Part shown: positions 28,901 to 41,003 of the stretch, piece by piece
Layout of the letters: each line of letters opens with the position of its first letter
Position numbering within the stretch: the first letter of the stretch is position 1
Source: Oculatellaceae cyanobacterium bins.114
GTDB taxonomy: Bacteria > Cyanobacteriota > Cyanobacteriia > Elainellales > Elainellaceae
Reading direction: 5' to 3'
Assembly: GCA_033764315.1 (NCBI GenBank)
Contig: JANRJA010000193.1
Location: forward strand, 1-64,000
Length of the DNA: 64,000 nucleotides
Translations under genes and position numbers: made by a program
The notes under the pieces: model-generated
The model's database searches: none
What the model saw: the letters and a program-made list of their open reading frames with translations, nothing else
What the model was told of the DNA's origin: nothing

Positions 28901-29158
28901 TTGGGTCGTGGAACGGTGGCTGGTTGTTATGTCCTTTCAGGCAAGGCCATTCGTAACTGTAGAATTCGGGTACGACGGGGCAATGAAGTTGTTTACGAAG
29001 GCAACCTCGACTCTCTAAAACGGATGAAAGAAGATACCAAAGAGGTCAATGCTGGCTTTGAATGTGGCATCCGGATTGACGGCTTCAACAGTTGGGCAGA
29101 AGGAGACATTATTGAAACCTTCCGTTTGGTCACGAAGCGTCGCACCTTAACCGCCTAA
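25937..29158 (+). CDS. infB: Translation initiation factor IF-2
   Basis: [12 protein letters not shown]-terminus, long Pro-rich linker, [21 protein letters not shown]. Confidence 0.99.
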   Translation: MNNGKVRIYELSKELNLDNRDILAVCDQLSINVKSHSSTISDAEAARIRSAAEKYTPSHSSASKASMPTHSTNNSSRQTGPQPPIKKQQILEVRRHRPTTEPPKRPEVQSAPPTPPPNQAQAPTGQPPRSPVRPVTPNRPTKAPVADDLPSNSTSSFEDPVDTPPTPLSDLPQQQEQVVAAQTPALAEPPTTDEPEFVETELTEAAEAEAEPQVVEAESEAEIEESIPLELTAPPARPVPKSAGNSQSSMVNRPVLKRRSEQGDVSGGVNVPGGNSAPSGVSRAPVRADRSERPERPDTSRPRPSVVTTTAEGGEATGVVMPKRVIELRHKPVRPGTPREEGGSDSSGSTPAFAPAGGAADELKRPTLPRPPKRGKAWDEEEEEQEATPKAGKVGAKAKRRTQLLDDEDIELDDVLNADGDDDQGPVQVSLSLARPPRPKSSKPAQVKQPSAVTQKGRKSSSSNERNFRRDRREPEVKERPTKVSLTGSLSLHDLAEILVVPETEIIKTLFFKGIAANINQILDIPTAAMVAQEFDIEVETVEAEAEAKKVTEMLDAEDLESLQRRPPVVTIMGHVDHGKTTLLDSIRKTKVAQGEAGGITQHIGAYHVDVEHDGRTEQVVFLDTPGHEAFTAMRARGARVTDIAVLVVAADDGVRPQTIEAVSHAKAAEVPIVVAINKVDKEEAQPDRVKQELTEFGLVAEEWGGDTIMVPVSALTGENLETLLEMLLLVAEVEDLHANPDRLARGTIIEANLDKARGPVATFLIQNGTLRVGDVLVAGSVFGKVRAMIDDRGQRVKEATPSFAVEVLGLSDVPAAGDEFEVYADEKEARAIANTRSDQQRLSRLQQAMASRRVSLNTLSAQAQEGDLKELNLILKGDVQGSVEAILAALQQLPQKEVQVRVLLAAPGEITETDVDLAAASNAVIIGFNTTFASGARQAADEVGVDVRDYNIIYKLLEDVQGAMEGLLEPELVEEPLGQVEVRATFSLGRGTVAGCYVLSGKAIRNCRIRVRRGNEVVYEGNLDSLKRMKEDTKEVNAGFECGIRIDGFNSWAEGDIIETFRLVTKRRTLTA

Positions 29159-29168
29159 TCACTCTCGA

Positions 29169-31181
29169 CTAAAGAAACCGAATAAACGTTGGAGCATAGG
29201 GGATAATCTTCGGGTTATCCCCTCCGATTTGGTTAGTCCGAATAATCCACAATGCAGCTCCATGTTTCAACATAATGCTGCTGATTTCATCGTGGGCTCG
29301 ACGAGGCAACATGGTTCGCCAAGTAATAAAGCTTGCCAAGAGAGTCTTAAATAATCCAGAGCTTAAACCAGTCCCCGCTAGGGTCTCAGCATTTTTTTGC
29401 CAATCTCGGCGAGTAATGCCAAAAGGGATGAGATAGCTTTTTAGCGATCGCCCCAAACTAAGTAATTGTCGAAATCGAGTCGTTTGAGGATGGTGAGGAT
29501 GATCTCGTAACCAGTCTTGAATTTTAGGATTCGCAGCAATTTGCTGCTCTAGCCGCTCAATCGTTACATAAAGAGCTTGGTTAGAATCTTGAACGCATGA
29601 TTTGGCGGGAGTGACGATCGCGGCACCCGTTCCATCTCCTACTCGATATCGCGCCATCATGATATCCAACTGATTCATAAATTCCGTCAGGGGCGAGAGT
29701 CGAATGCCATCAAAGTCATAATCTCTCGTAATGACGTCGGATTTAATGAGGACGTCTGAAACGGGTCGGTTGCCGAGCCACCCTCGTTGCAAATCTCCCA
29801 GATAGTTCTCCCAAGCGATCGCCCCTGAGATGATGCCATCAGGATTTTGAGCATAAACCTGGCGATACTCAATTTGAAATTGCAATTCATTTGCCAACGG
29901 CTCTCGAATCACACGAGCAATGCCATAGGAAAAATGACCCGTTACGATTCCCAGGGGAGGAGATTCTCCTTGTTCTCCACCAATGCCACCATAGAGGTGA
30001 ATCACGATCGCCCGATCCCCTTCCTGCCATTTGTGTTGAGCCTCATCGGGTTGCGTTGCCACTGGATCGAGCAAGGCTCGCTTGACAGTTCCCTTATCCG
30101 ATCGAGTCCTTTTCCAATTGTGCCGTCTGATATAAGCTAGCCCTTTGCTTCCCAAGACCACTTCATCAGGCTGTAGCTGCATGGCAATGCGAGGCACAAT
30201 CGCTTGTACAACAAAAATCCCCTCATCGTTTTTAGCTCCATAGATGTACCAACCCTCTGCATTCAAGGGAGACATCTCTAAACCATGATTTGTAGACCGT
30301 GCTAAACCACTGCGATCGGGCACAACTTGAGGAATACAAATAACTTCTCGAAACCCATCAAATTGGCGCGATCGCACATTAAAATGACGAACCTCAAAAT
30401 AATCAGGGAAGCGACCTCCAATCGGTCTAATAACGCTAACCAATCCATAAAACCGTCCTGTTATTTGAACAGGCTCTTTAGCAATTGATAGACGATAATT
30501 GTGATTTTTTCCTGTTATTGACAAGTCTGTTGTTTCAACAACAACAGGTTCTCTGAGTTTGACAATTACATCATCCTGGGGTCGTGCTCCCGCTAGTGAC
30601 TCTAATGGCCCAACAAGAAGGCGATAATTTAAGCGATGAGGATGAACATTCCCCATCTTTTCTCCTGTTCGAGTTGTTGGAGTAAAGGCTACGTTTCGTG
30701 TAGTAATGCGAACATAGTTTTCTGTTTTAGCGAGTGCCAACCACTGCAATGGCAGAGTTTTACCTACTAAATGTTGATATGGTTTAGGGGCACAGTAAAT
30801 CTCAATCCATACAAAATCTTCTGATTGAAATGGTTGCTTAGCTGGCAAAATTAAACGCCCAATCCAGTTAGAAATAGGGCGATAAACGGTTGGAACAACA
30901 GCTTGCCCAATGGGATAAAAGCCGGTTTGATTAAAGAGTTCTTGACTATAAAAAGAATAATTTGAGGGTTGGCTTGTTGAGATTTTAAATCGATATTTTT
31001 TGTAAATAAATAATGCCAGAATACCGAACAACACAAGTAGGATGAATAGGGTCAAAAGACCATTTTTGCTTTCAAAAGGAAATTGAATTCCAAATAGGAG
31101 ATGACTCCAATAAGAGAAGTTCTTTGTATTGCCTAGATTGGTCTTGATTAAGCTCTCAAATATTAACTGGGATAAGCTCAC
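29169..31181 (-). CDS. Cyanobacterial membrane-anchored protein resembling the C-terminal domain of 'CAAX protease/abortive infection' fusion proteins
   Basis: YRPISNWIGRLILP, VGPLESLAGARP, HLYGGIGG, GHFSYG, SCVQDS, RTNQIGG motifs. Start moved to GTG 31181 to avoid overlap with the upstream gene (uncertain). Confidence 0.75.
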   Translation of the reverse strand: MSLSQLIFESLIKTNLGNTKNFSYWSHLLFGIQFPFESKNGLLTLFILLVLFGILALFIYKKYRFKISTSQPSNYSFYSQELFNQTGFYPIGQAVVPTVYRPISNWIGRLILPAKQPFQSEDFVWIEIYCAPKPYQHLVGKTLPLQWLALAKTENYVRITTRNVAFTPTTRTGEKMGNVHPHRLNYRLLVGPLESLAGARPQDDVIVKLREPVVVETTDLSITGKNHNYRLSIAKEPVQITGRFYGLVSVIRPIGGRFPDYFEVRHFNVRSRQFDGFREVICIPQVVPDRSGLARSTNHGLEMSPLNAEGWYIYGAKNDEGIFVVQAIVPRIAMQLQPDEVVLGSKGLAYIRRHNWKRTRSDKGTVKRALLDPVATQPDEAQHKWQEGDRAIVIHLYGGIGGEQGESPPLGIVTGHFSYGIARVIREPLANELQFQIEYRQVYAQNPDGIISGAIAWENYLGDLQRGWLGNRPVSDVLIKSDVITRDYDFDGIRLSPLTEFMNQLDIMMARYRVGDGTGAAIVTPAKSCVQDSNQALYVTIERLEQQIAANPKIQDWLRDHPHHPQTTRFRQLLSLGRSLKSYLIPFGITRRDWQKNAETLAGTGLSSGLFKTLLASFITWRTMLPRRAHDEISSIMLKHGAALWIIRTNQIGGDNPKIIPYAPTFIRFL

Positions 31182-31191
31182 ATTTAGAGAA

Positions 31192-31515
31192 TTAGGAGGA
31201 TCGACGAGGAGATTTAAGGGAACGACGACGGTTGCGCCCAGCAGTAGTGGCCTGCTTTCGACTATCTTCACCATCTTTACGCCACTTTTGCAGTCGATTT
31301 TGGGCGCGTTTGAGAGGACTTTCATGATCGTCATCTGAAGGAGGGGGCGGTGGGGCTTGCGCTTTGGCTTTCACATAGGCTGAGATAAAACCACCTGCAA
31401 ACCCAGCGATCGCCCCCAAACCAATGCTAAACATGGCAGAATATCCCATTAAGAAAAAACAGGCTAAGAAAATTAGCCATAGTTGTAATCCTAAAGTGAC
31501 TCCATCGTTAAACAT
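31192..31515 (-). CDS. Small membrane protein with a basic C-terminus
   Basis: Two hydrophobic segments (…SIGLGAIAGFAGG…), Arg-rich tail; co-oriented with neighbours. Confidence 0.75.
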   Translation of the reverse strand: MFNDGVTLGLQLWLIFLACFFLMGYSAMFSIGLGAIAGFAGGFISAYVKAKAQAPPPPPSDDDHESPLKRAQNRLQKWRKDGEDSRKQATTAGRNRRRSLKSPRRSS

Positions 31516-31523
31516 CGATTTGA

Positions 31524-33059
31524 TTAATCTGTGATTACTCTCAGTTGTGGCTCAAGTGGCTGGGTTGTGTCCAGCGTCGCAACAAAAGGTTGCTCAGTTT
31601 CAGTAAACGGTTCTAGATATTGCGTTGGTAATAAATCAGCCGTAGCATCGGCGATATCCCCTGTCCGCTGTTTTAAGCGATCGCTTAACACCTCTAAAGG
31701 AGCCGAGCAATAAATCAGTTGAATCGGTAGATTGTTTGCCTGGGCTTGGGCGATCGCCTCTTGCCGCAAGGCTTGACGATCATATTTAGCATCTAGAATG
31801 ACGGTATAACCCTCTTTTGCCAGTGTGATCCCCAAATCTAACAAGCGATGATAGGTCTTTTCAGTCATTTCAGGCGTATATAACTGGTCATCCCCACGTT
31901 GCTGCAACGGAATGCCGCCCAAATGTTTTCGTACAGCATCCGAACGAACGTGAATGCCATTCACCTGTTTGGCTAACTGACGAGCTGTAGTCGTTTTGCC
32001 AGAACCAGACAATCCTGACATCAAAAACAGTCGCCCCTGACGAGGTTGAACATATTGCCAAGCTAATCGGTAATAGAGCGCAGCCGTTTCACTGGCAGCT
32101 TGTTTTTCAGCATCTGGAATACTGGGAATATCCAGCAAGAAAGACGTTACTTTTGCCCGCACATAACTTTGACGATTGACATAGAGGGGCAAAATTTGTA
32201 ACCCTTCCCAGTCACCCGTCTGTTCAACATAGGTATTGAGAAAGACGGTCGTGAGATCGGGTCGCTGACGTGCTTCTAAATCCATCACGATATAGGCAAC
32301 GTCATACATCACATCAACAAAGCGGAAGGGTTCATTGAACTCAATGCAATCAAACAAAAATAGCTTGCCATGCCACAGACAAATATTCCGCAGGTGAATA
32401 TCTCCGTGACACTCTCGAATCCAGTTATGACGAACGCGATCGCTAAATAGCGCCTGCCGCTCTGCAAAGAAACGATCGGTATAAGTCCGAGTTTTATCAA
32501 ATTGCTCTTGCGTTTGAGGCCCCCCGATATAAGCCTCGGTCTGATCATAATTCTGATCGAAGGCTTCCCGAATTTTGGGGATCGTGCCAAAAGTGCGAAT
32601 GTAATCATTGGCCTCAGCTGTGCTGTGAAACTGGGCGATCGCCACCGCTAACTCTTGCAACAACGACTCCGTTAACTCCCCCCGATCATACAAACTTGTC
32701 AGCAAGGTCTCTTGAGGAAATTGACGCATCTGCACGGCATATTCCACCACCTCACCTTCACCCTCTAGATGACACTGATCTCCATCTTGGGTAATCGGCA
32801 GAACCTGTAAATACAATTCTGCGGCTCCCCGCCGATTGAGGCGCAATTCCTCGTGACAAAAATGTTGCCGCTGCTCCAGCGATGAATAATTCAAAAACCC
32901 AAAGTCAACTGGTTTTTTGACTTTATATGCCAACTCCCCTGTTAAAAGAACGTAGGACACATGCGTCTGAATCAGTTGTATAGGCAACTGTACCGGATGT
33001 GGATAAAACTCCGGTTGCAACATCTGTTGAATCAGGGAAGGTAACGATGAATCGGTCAT
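31524..33059 (-). CDS. Bifunctional aminoglycoside-phosphotransferase-like / AAA_33 kinase protein
   Basis: QTHVSYV, ECHGDIHLRNI, FDCIEFN, Walker A GLSGSGKTT, RSDAVRK. Confidence 0.92.
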   Translation of the reverse strand: MTDSSLPSLIQQMLQPEFYPHPVQLPIQLIQTHVSYVLLTGELAYKVKKPVDFGFLNYSSLEQRQHFCHEELRLNRRGAAELYLQVLPITQDGDQCHLEGEGEVVEYAVQMRQFPQETLLTSLYDRGELTESLLQELAVAIAQFHSTAEANDYIRTFGTIPKIREAFDQNYDQTEAYIGGPQTQEQFDKTRTYTDRFFAERQALFSDRVRHNWIRECHGDIHLRNICLWHGKLFLFDCIEFNEPFRFVDVMYDVAYIVMDLEARQRPDLTTVFLNTYVEQTGDWEGLQILPLYVNRQSYVRAKVTSFLLDIPSIPDAEKQAASETAALYYRLAWQYVQPRQGRLFLMSGLSGSGKTTTARQLAKQVNGIHVRSDAVRKHLGGIPLQQRGDDQLYTPEMTEKTYHRLLDLGITLAKEGYTVILDAKYDRQALRQEAIAQAQANNLPIQLIYCSAPLEVLSDRLKQRTGDIADATADLLPTQYLEPFTETEQPFVATLDTTQPLEPQLRVITD

Positions 33060-33130
33060 AGGTGAGTTGAAAACTATTTTCTGTCAGTCCAGACCCATCA
33101 TCGCTTAATTAGGCCCGCTTAGAACCATCG

Positions 33131-34396
33131 TCATTCAGAGTCACTATTTAACAAAGTTTGCACAAACTGATAAAGCTCAAACTCCGGTCGCCCTTCGAGT
33201 TGCCAATCTTTGAGATCAATCAAACCTCTCGACAACTCCAAAGCCCGTTTCTTGTAAACGGTGTTGGCAGTTAATAAATCAATAAATACTTCTTGCTCAA
33301 TTTGTAAACGACTGGCCTCTTCCGCTAACGGTGATGCGTAAGTCACTGCATCCGCCTCATATTTCAGCAAGAAGATCAACGCCTGACTTAATTCCTGTAA
33401 CTGCCGTTGCAACTTACGAGTATCGAGATCAAGGCGATCGAACCCAACCTGACCCTCAATTCGTAGCTCAACAATTGGGGCATCACTGGGATTGAGCCGT
33501 TTCAATCGAATTGCTTCTTGCACCTGGTCGATCGCCGCCTGTTCCACCTCTTCTAAACTCTCATGACCTCGCAAGACACAAACCAAGCGCACCAGCGATC
33601 GCTGATAATAATCTCGCTTTAACTCTGCTTTTAGCCCCGTCTTACCTATCTCAATCAGATAAGCTCCCCGCTCATATCGGCTCTCCTCAATGCTATTCGC
33701 CTCAAGAGAACCAGGGTTAAAAATCCAACCTTCAACCACATAATTTTTGTGAATATGCCCTAGTGCCAGATAATCCACGCCAGCCATCTGCAATGGGCGC
33801 ACTTCGTCATAGCGTAAAGCCCCTGCATAGCGAGCAATTTGCCCCTCTAAACCATGATGAAACATCAAAACAGTACGGTCAGGGCCGGGGGGCAACAATT
33901 GAATGGCTGTCGCAATCTGCTCGATCGCTTTCGGTGCTGTTGCCCCATACCAATAGGATCCCAGAACCCTAACGCCGCAAGCCAGATCGATATAGCCTCC
34001 CCGTTTGGTTGCAGCGTCCCAGGATTCATACAATGGCTCTCCAGCAGCAACATCCCCTGGCTCAAGCAATATCAAAAAGCCCCAATCTGCCAAATACCGC
34101 AGCCAACTAGCTTTAGTACCATAGGGTCGGTTATCGTGATTCCCTTCAATCGCCAATACAGGAATGTTGGCTTCCCGCAACATCTCAAAACAGATTTGGG
34201 CCTGGTTTAGAATAGCGGGCTGAATATTACGATGCTCAAACAAGTCACCGGCAATTAAGACAAAATCGACTTGAGCCGCGATCGCATATCGTTGCAATAC
34301 GTCTTGAAACGCATAAAAAAAATCTTTCGTTCGCTCTTTGTTGTCATAGCGATCGAAGCCTAAATGAATATCAGCTATGTGCAAAAAACGAGCCAC
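33131..34396 (-). CDS. sbcD: SbcD/Mre11-like DNA repair exonuclease
   Basis: HIADIHLG, AGDLF, GNHD, LGHIH, NPGS metallophosphoesterase motifs; start set at GTG 34396. Confidence 0.85.
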   Translation of the reverse strand: MARFLHIADIHLGFDRYDNKERTKDFFYAFQDVLQRYAIAAQVDFVLIAGDLFEHRNIQPAILNQAQICFEMLREANIPVLAIEGNHDNRPYGTKASWLRYLADWGFLILLEPGDVAAGEPLYESWDAATKRGGYIDLACGVRVLGSYWYGATAPKAIEQIATAIQLLPPGPDRTVLMFHHGLEGQIARYAGALRYDEVRPLQMAGVDYLALGHIHKNYVVEGWIFNPGSLEANSIEESRYERGAYLIEIGKTGLKAELKRDYYQRSLVRLVCVLRGHESLEEVEQAAIDQVQEAIRLKRLNPSDAPIVELRIEGQVGFDRLDLDTRKLQRQLQELSQALIFLLKYEADAVTYASPLAEEASRLQIEQEVFIDLLTANTVYKKRALELSRGLIDLKDWQLEGRPEFELYQFVQTLLNSDSE

Positions 34397-34416
34397 AGAA
34401 TTTTTAGTGAATGAGC

Positions 34417-35550
<1,134 letters not shown>

Positions 35551-35612
35551 TCAGGAACACGAACAGATTAGCGGCTCGGCCAATTTAGCTTGGAGCCACT
35601 TACCGTGAGTCC

Positions 35613-35870
35613 TTACCGCTTCTTAGATTGCTTTGACTTTGTCTCAGTGCCTTGGTCACCACCCTCCATCATGCCGTACTTCCGCAAGAAACGTTCAACA
35701 CGACCTTCGGTGTCAATGATTTTCTGCGTTCCAGTAAAGAATGGGTGGTTACCAGACCACACATCAACATGAAGCTCAGGCTTAGTGGACCCAACAGTCA
35801 TCACCAACTCACCGTTGCAATAGACCTTAGACTCTGGATACCACTTTGGATGAATATCAGATTTTGCCAT
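35613..35870 (-). CDS. rpmE: 50S ribosomal protein L31
   Basis: KSDIHPKW...HPFFTG...GRVERF. Confidence 0.97.
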   Translation of the reverse strand: MAKSDIHPKWYPESKVYCNGELVMTVGSTKPELHVDVWSGNHPFFTGTQKIIDTEGRVERFLRKYGMMEGGDQGTETKSKQSKKR

Positions 35871-35911
35871 GATTCAAGAATTTAGAAAGGGATGGTCTTT
35901 TATTCTAACTT

Positions 35912-36325
35912 TTATCGCTTCGAGTATTGAGGAGCCTTGCGGGCTTTGTGTAAACCGTACTTCTTCCGTTCTTTAGCACGAGGATCGCGAGTCAGGTAGC
36001 CTTCAATTTTGAGCGGCTTACGGTTATCAGGATCAAGTTGACAGAGAGCACGAGCAACTCCCAAGCGAATGGAATCGGCTTGCCCAGTCAAACCACCGCC
36101 ATGAGCATTGACTAAAATATCGTACTCATTCTCAAGGCCAAGCGTTTCTAGAGGAGCCTTCGCCACAGCTAGATAGGTAGGGTTGAACTGAAGATACAAC
36201 TCTCCAGGCTTACCATTAATGATCAACTGGCCGCTTCCTGGAACCAAACGAACTCTCGCAATAGCCGACTTGCGACGACCTGTACCCCAATACATGACTC
36301 GACCCATTTTTTCAGTAGCCTGCAT
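35912..36325 (-). CDS. rpsI: 30S ribosomal protein S9
   Basis: GTGRRK...[19 protein letters not shown]. Confidence 0.99.
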   Translation of the reverse strand: MQATEKMGRVMYWGTGRRKSAIARVRLVPGSGQLIINGKPGELYLQFNPTYLAVAKAPLETLGLENEYDILVNAHGGGLTGQADSIRLGVARALCQLDPDNRKPLKIEGYLTRDPRAKERKKYGLHKARKAPQYSKR

Positions 36326-36780
36326 TAATCATCTCCTCCGGGAATAGTATTGATTTTTAGCAATTCGGGTTGTTGAGCTTGATGAGGATGCTCAGAACCA
36401 GCATAAACTTTGAGCTTTGTAAACAGCTGCCGACCAAGGGTATTTTTAGGCAACATCCCTTTGACAGCTTGTTCGATGATGCGCTCTGGCAGACGAGCTT
36501 GCAACTTTGCGAAGCTCTCGGTCTTCATTCCACCAGGTCGCCCAGAGTGACGTCGATACACCTTTTGACCTCGTTTTTTGCCAGTTACATCCACTTTTTC
36601 AGCGTTAATAACAATGACAAAATCACCCGTATCTAGGTGAGGAGTGTAAGTTGGCTTGTTTTTACCGCGCAAGATCATGGCGATCGCGCTAGCTAGACGC
36701 CCCAAACGTTGATTTTCAGCATCTACAACATACCAGCTGTGCTGAATGGTCTGTTGAGAAGGGAGGTAGGTTTTGTTCAT
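36325..36780 (-). CDS. rplM: 50S ribosomal protein L13
   Basis: WYVVDA...LGRLAS...[10 protein letters not shown]. Confidence 0.99.
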   Translation of the reverse strand: MNKTYLPSQQTIQHSWYVVDAENQRLGRLASAIAMILRGKNKPTYTPHLDTGDFVIVINAEKVDVTGKKRGQKVYRRHSGRPGGMKTESFAKLQARLPERIIEQAVKGMLPKNTLGRQLFTKLKVYAGSEHPHQAQQPELLKINTIPGGDD

Positions 36781-36827
36781 AGTAGCTTTTAGGAATTACA
36801 AAACTAAAATCTTGAAGAGGTAAAAGT

Positions 36828-37721
36828 TCAGGTGAGACAATATTGAGCTTCAGTAACTGATTGAAAGAGAAATTGCGGTTGAGTATCAAACCAAACTTCA
36901 GTGGAGAACGGGAAGTCAGCATATCCTACGCGCAGCAAACATAGTCCTTGTGGAGGAGCAGCATATCTGACCTGGTCTCGTCGTTGCTGTGTCCAAAGCT
37001 CTGTGAAATCAGCGGGCGATCGCCATCCCCGTCCTACCTCAACCAAAAGCCCAATTAATAAGCGCATCATGCCGTAGAGAAATCCACTGGCCTGAACTTC
37101 AATACTAATAAACGACCCCTGGCTCTTACACTCTGCCACCTGCACTTCAACCCATGAATGAGAACGTCCCGAGTTAGCCCGATGAAACGCAGCTAAATGA
37201 TGACGTCCTAATAAAGGAGTTAAAGCTTCTTGCATTAAAGATGGATCAAGAGATGCATGATAATAATGCCAAGCAAAAGGACGTACAAACAGGTTAGGAC
37301 GAGCCTCGGTAAAAATGATGTAACGATATCGTCGCCACAACGCCGAAAAACGAGCATGCCAACTTTGATGAACGACAGCGGACGCTCGGATCACAATGTC
37401 ACTCGGCAAGCGATGGTTAAGGATATCAGTCCAGCGATAAGCCGGAATCCATCCAGGAGCATCAAAATGAGCAACCTGTGCTGCCGCGTGGACCCCTGCA
37501 TCTGTCCTACCCGCACCATGCAAAGTTACGGGGCGTTTAACAACAGCCTGCAAGGCTTTTTCTATCTCTTCTTGAACAGTACGATGTTGGGGTTGTCGCT
37601 GCCAACCATGAAAATGAGTGCCCAGGTACTGAATAACCAGGGCAACTCTTTGGAGTTTTTCTGAATCATGATCAACATTAATCTCAGAAGAACTCATTAA
37701 CTGTGGAAAAACAGCAGACAT
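36828..37721 (-). CDS. truA: tRNA pseudouridine(38-40) synthase
   Basis: GWQRQ, GRTDAGVHA, FLYGMMR. Confidence 0.97.
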   Translation of the reverse strand: MSAVFPQLMSSSEINVDHDSEKLQRVALVIQYLGTHFHGWQRQPQHRTVQEEIEKALQAVVKRPVTLHGAGRTDAGVHAAAQVAHFDAPGWIPAYRWTDILNHRLPSDIVIRASAVVHQSWHARFSALWRRYRYIIFTEARPNLFVRPFAWHYYHASLDPSLMQEALTPLLGRHHLAAFHRANSGRSHSWVEVQVAECKSQGSFISIEVQASGFLYGMMRLLIGLLVEVGRGWRSPADFTELWTQQRRDQVRYAAPPQGLCLLRVGYADFPFSTEVWFDTQPQFLFQSVTEAQYCLT

Positions 37722-37740
37722 GTAAACTAAAAATTCCCAA

Positions 37741-38091
37741 TCATGTCAATTCAATAATCGCCATCTCAGAGTTATCTCCTCGACGACTTACAGTACGCAA
37801 AACCCGAGTATAACCGCCTTGGCGATCGCCATACCGTTCCTTCGCCTGCTCAAAAAGAGCATGAACCAAATCTTTGTCATAGATGTATCCTAAAGCCTGA
37901 CGACGGGCTGCAAGAGAACCATCTTTTGCCAAAGAAATCATTTTTTCGACTTCAGAGCGAACAGCCTTAGCACGCACCTTAGTCGTTGTAATTCGACCAT
38001 GACGAATCAGCTCTGTAGTCAGTGCTCGCAGAAGAGCGCGGCGCTGATCGGCAGGCTTACCAAGTTGAGGAACACGACAACGATGACGCAT
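37741..38091 (-). CDS. rplQ: 50S ribosomal protein L17
   Basis: MRHR...GGYTR...RRGDNSEM. Confidence 0.99.
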   Translation of the reverse strand: MRHRCRVPQLGKPADQRRALLRALTTELIRHGRITTTKVRAKAVRSEVEKMISLAKDGSLAARRQALGYIYDKDLVHALFEQAKERYGDRQGGYTRVLRTVSRRGDNSEMAIIELT

Positions 38092-38154
38092 AAGAAAACA
38101 GTACGACGAAGGACAGTAAAAGATAAAAAGTGATTAAACTCCCAGCATTATAGT

Positions 38155-39102
38155 TTAGCTGGTTTTAGCAGACTTCTCATGAGGAAGAGTGATCCCCAGA
38201 CGATTTTGCAAAGCTTCAATAACTTCTTCGGCAGACTTTGCCCCAAAATTCTTGATCTCCAACAAATCTTCTTGGGTGTAATCCAAAAGGTCTGCAACGG
38301 AGTTAATCTGCGCCCGCTTCAAACAGTTGTAAGCTCGGACGGAGAGCTGCAATTCTTCAATTGGAATTTGATTTGTTGGATCCTCATCATCATCAAGCAC
38401 ATCTTTCATCTGCTCAAATGTGATGTCTTTCAAAGGATTGAACAAATCAACCAGAATATTAGCAGCTTGGCTCAAAGCTTCTTGAGGAGTGACGCTTCCA
38501 TCAGTCCAAACTTCCATAATCAAGCGATCTCTCTCAAGAGAACCCCCAACTCTGGCATCCTCAACGGTATAGTTCACCTTGCGAACAGGCATAAAGACAG
38601 AGTCAATTTGCAGAAAATCAAGGGCTGAGGTTTCATCGCGCCCTCGCTCAATGGCTCGATACCCAACTCCCTTCTCAATCCGAAACTCCATCTCAAAAAT
38701 TGCTCCCGCCGCAACCGTAGCAACATATTGGTCAGGATCAATAACCTCAACTTCTGCTGGCAGCTCAAAATACTCCGAAGTCACTGTTGCTGGCCCTTCA
38801 ACCCGCAAACGACCAATTTGAGGCTGCGAGGAGTAACTCTTCAAAACCACCTCTTTCATATTCAGCAAAATGTCTAAGACATCTTCCCGCACACCTGGAA
38901 TCGTCATGAACTCATGAGTTACCCCAGCAATCCTTACAGCCGTAACGGCTGCACCCTCTAAATTAGACAACAAAACTCGCCGCAGTGCGTTGCCAACTGT
39001 TGTTCCTTGACCCCGCTCAAGAGGCTCTAACACAAAGCGGCTGTACAAGCCCTGTGTACTACTTGTATCAGACTCCACACATTCAACCTGAAACTGTGCC
39101 AT
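38155..39102 (-). CDS. rpoA: RNA polymerase subunit alpha
   Basis: EPLERGQGTTVGNALRRVLL, LSVRAYNCLKR. Confidence 0.99.
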   Translation of the reverse strand: MAQFQVECVESDTSSTQGLYSRFVLEPLERGQGTTVGNALRRVLLSNLEGAAVTAVRIAGVTHEFMTIPGVREDVLDILLNMKEVVLKSYSSQPQIGRLRVEGPATVTSEYFELPAEVEVIDPDQYVATVAAGAIFEMEFRIEKGVGYRAIERGRDETSALDFLQIDSVFMPVRKVNYTVEDARVGGSLERDRLIMEVWTDGSVTPQEALSQAANILVDLFNPLKDITFEQMKDVLDDDEDPTNQIPIEELQLSVRAYNCLKRAQINSVADLLDYTQEDLLEIKNFGAKSAEEVIEALQNRLGITLPHEKSAKTS

Positions 39103-39287
39103 CTACCAACCTCCCTACTCTTTAAGCACTAGTTAGAAAGCACAACTGGCTCTACCAACTTTTCGCGAGTTAGATACTCGAACATAAACAACCTATCTTC
39201 TCGATAACCACTTGGGGAACTCGGCTAATGTATCGATGTCACCTGAAAATCTCAGCTATCAATATCAATAATCAAATCCCAGACTCT

Positions 39288-39683
39288 TCAAACTCTACGA
39301 CGCTTAGGAGGACGACAACCGTTATGTGGGATAGGAGTCACATCCCGAATCAATGTAATTTCCAAACCAGCCCCTTGCAGAGCACGAATAGCCGTCTCAC
39401 GACCAGAGCCAGGCCCACTGACCATCACCTCAATCTGGCGCATTCCTTGATCAGTAGCTCGCCGAGCCGCATTTTCAGCTGCTGTCTGTGCCGCAAAGGG
39501 GGTACCCTTTTTTGCGCCCTTAAAGCCACTAGAACCAGATGATGCCCATGAAATGGCCTCACCATTAGTGTCTGTAATCGTAACGATCGTGTTGTTGAAG
39601 GTAGACTGAATATGAGCTACGCCGCTTGGTACATGCCGCTTTTGCTTCTTTGCTCCAGTTTTTTTAGTCGGTTGTCGTGCCAT
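39288..39683 (-). CDS. rpsK: 30S ribosomal protein S11
   Basis: STFNNTIVT...[13 protein letters not shown]. Confidence 0.99.
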   Translation of the reverse strand: MARQPTKKTGAKKQKRHVPSGVAHIQSTFNNTIVTITDTNGEAISWASSGSSGFKGAKKGTPFAAQTAAENAARRATDQGMRQIEVMVSGPGSGRETAIRALQGAGLEITLIRDVTPIPHNGCRPPKRRRV

Positions 39684-39877
39684 GTTGATATCTCTAATAC
39701 TGAAATTGAACTAACTCAATGAGGGAAGTTGTAGAGCCACACCTAAATGGCTTTGCACCTTAAATAAATCGCACAAACCACAACCAATATCCAATTACAT
39801 CTCAAACTTTGACTATTTTCTTTCAAAATTTCAAAAGGCATAATGAAGGGATATTGATTGAAAAGCCACTACTGCTT

Positions 39878-40261
39878 TTATTTCTTACTTGGGGCTTTCT
39901 TCTTACCAGCAACAGTACGGCGTCCACCCCGACGGGTTCTAGCATTTGTTCTGGTTCGTTGACCTCTGACTGGCAATCCTGCACGATGGCGACGCCCACG
40001 ATAGGTACCAATATCCATTAACCGCTTGATACTGATAGCCTCTAGACGTCTCAGATCACCCTCGACCTGATAGTCATTTTCAATAACCTCACGCAAAGAA
40101 GCAACATCAGGATCAGTTAGATCCTTAACACGAGTGTCTGGATTAACCCCAGTTGCAGCTAAGATTTCTTTTGCTCTAGTCGGCCCAATTCCGTATATGT
40201 AGGTAAGACCTATCTCGACACGTTTGTCACGTGGGAGGTCTACTCCAGCAATCCGTGCCAC
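39878..40261 (-). CDS. rpsM: 30S ribosomal protein S13
   Basis: ARIAGVDLP...[14 protein letters not shown] start. Confidence 0.99.
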   Translation of the reverse strand: MARIAGVDLPRDKRVEIGLTYIYGIGPTRAKEILAATGVNPDTRVKDLTDPDVASLREVIENDYQVEGDLRRLEAISIKRLMDIGTYRGRRHRAGLPVRGQRTRTNARTRRGGRRTVAGKKKAPSKK

Positions 40262-40358
40262 GTTAAAAATCTCCTTAACTCAAATTTTTGCAAGCTGTTG
40301 AGCTTAGTAAATGTCTAGGCAAACGCTCATGTTTCAATCTAGACTTGGGGCCAAATCA

Positions 40359-40472
40359 CTACCCTTGGCGTTGTTTATGCTTCGGATTAGAACAAATAAC
40401 CATGACACGGCCACGACGGCGAATGACACGGCACTTCTCGCAAATTTTACGAACAGACGCTCGAACCTTCAT
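40359..40472 (-). CDS. rpmJ: 50S ribosomal protein L36 (not in ORF track)
   Basis: Manual translation [37 protein letters not shown]. Confidence 0.98.
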   Translation of the reverse strand: MKVRASVRKICEKCRVIRRRGRVMVICSNPKHKQRQG

Positions 40473-40604
40473 GTTGCACAAATCAAAGTATTACAAACGT
40501 AACATTATACCCTTTTTATAGGTTTTTATCAAGGAAAGAGCCATCAGATAAAATAAATTGACCAAAAGTCAAAAAGTTGAATTTATATGACCAAACGAAC
40601 AAAT

Positions 40605-40829
40605 TTACTTTTTACGAAGCCGATAAGTAATTCTACCTTTGGTTAGATCGTAGGGAGTCAGTTCGACTTTAACCCGATCACCCGGCAGAATCTTGATATA
40701 GTTACGCCGAATTTTTCCAGAAATATGAGCTAGAACATTAAAACCGTTATCTAGATCGACTCGGAACATAGCGTTTGGCAGCGAGTCTGTCACTGTGCCT
40801 TCCATCTCAATCAAATCTTGCTTAGACAA
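40605..40829 (-). CDS. infA: Translation initiation factor IF-1
   Basis: [10 protein letters not shown]...[11 protein letters not shown]...[12 protein letters not shown] start at 40829. Confidence 0.97.
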   Translation of the reverse strand: MSKQDLIEMEGTVTDSLPNAMFRVDLDNGFNVLAHISGKIRRNYIKILPGDRVKVELTPYDLTKGRITYRLRKK

Positions 40830-41003
40830 TGAGTATGCCCTCAAAAACAACACAAAAAATAAGCTTTAGAACAGAAGAAAGATAGTCTAATTCCTTATCT
40901 AACGGTTTGACCATCTTTCATTCCAAGACTAACAAATCTTTACTAAATTGGCTTTAATATGAACCCTGCCTTAAGAGAATATTTGACTTTTAATAGTGAG
41001 AAC

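Noticed and set aside
31182-31334. Apparent overlap between the 721-aa ORF and the 107-aa membrane protein
   Set aside because: Resolved by choosing a downstream GTG start at 31181.
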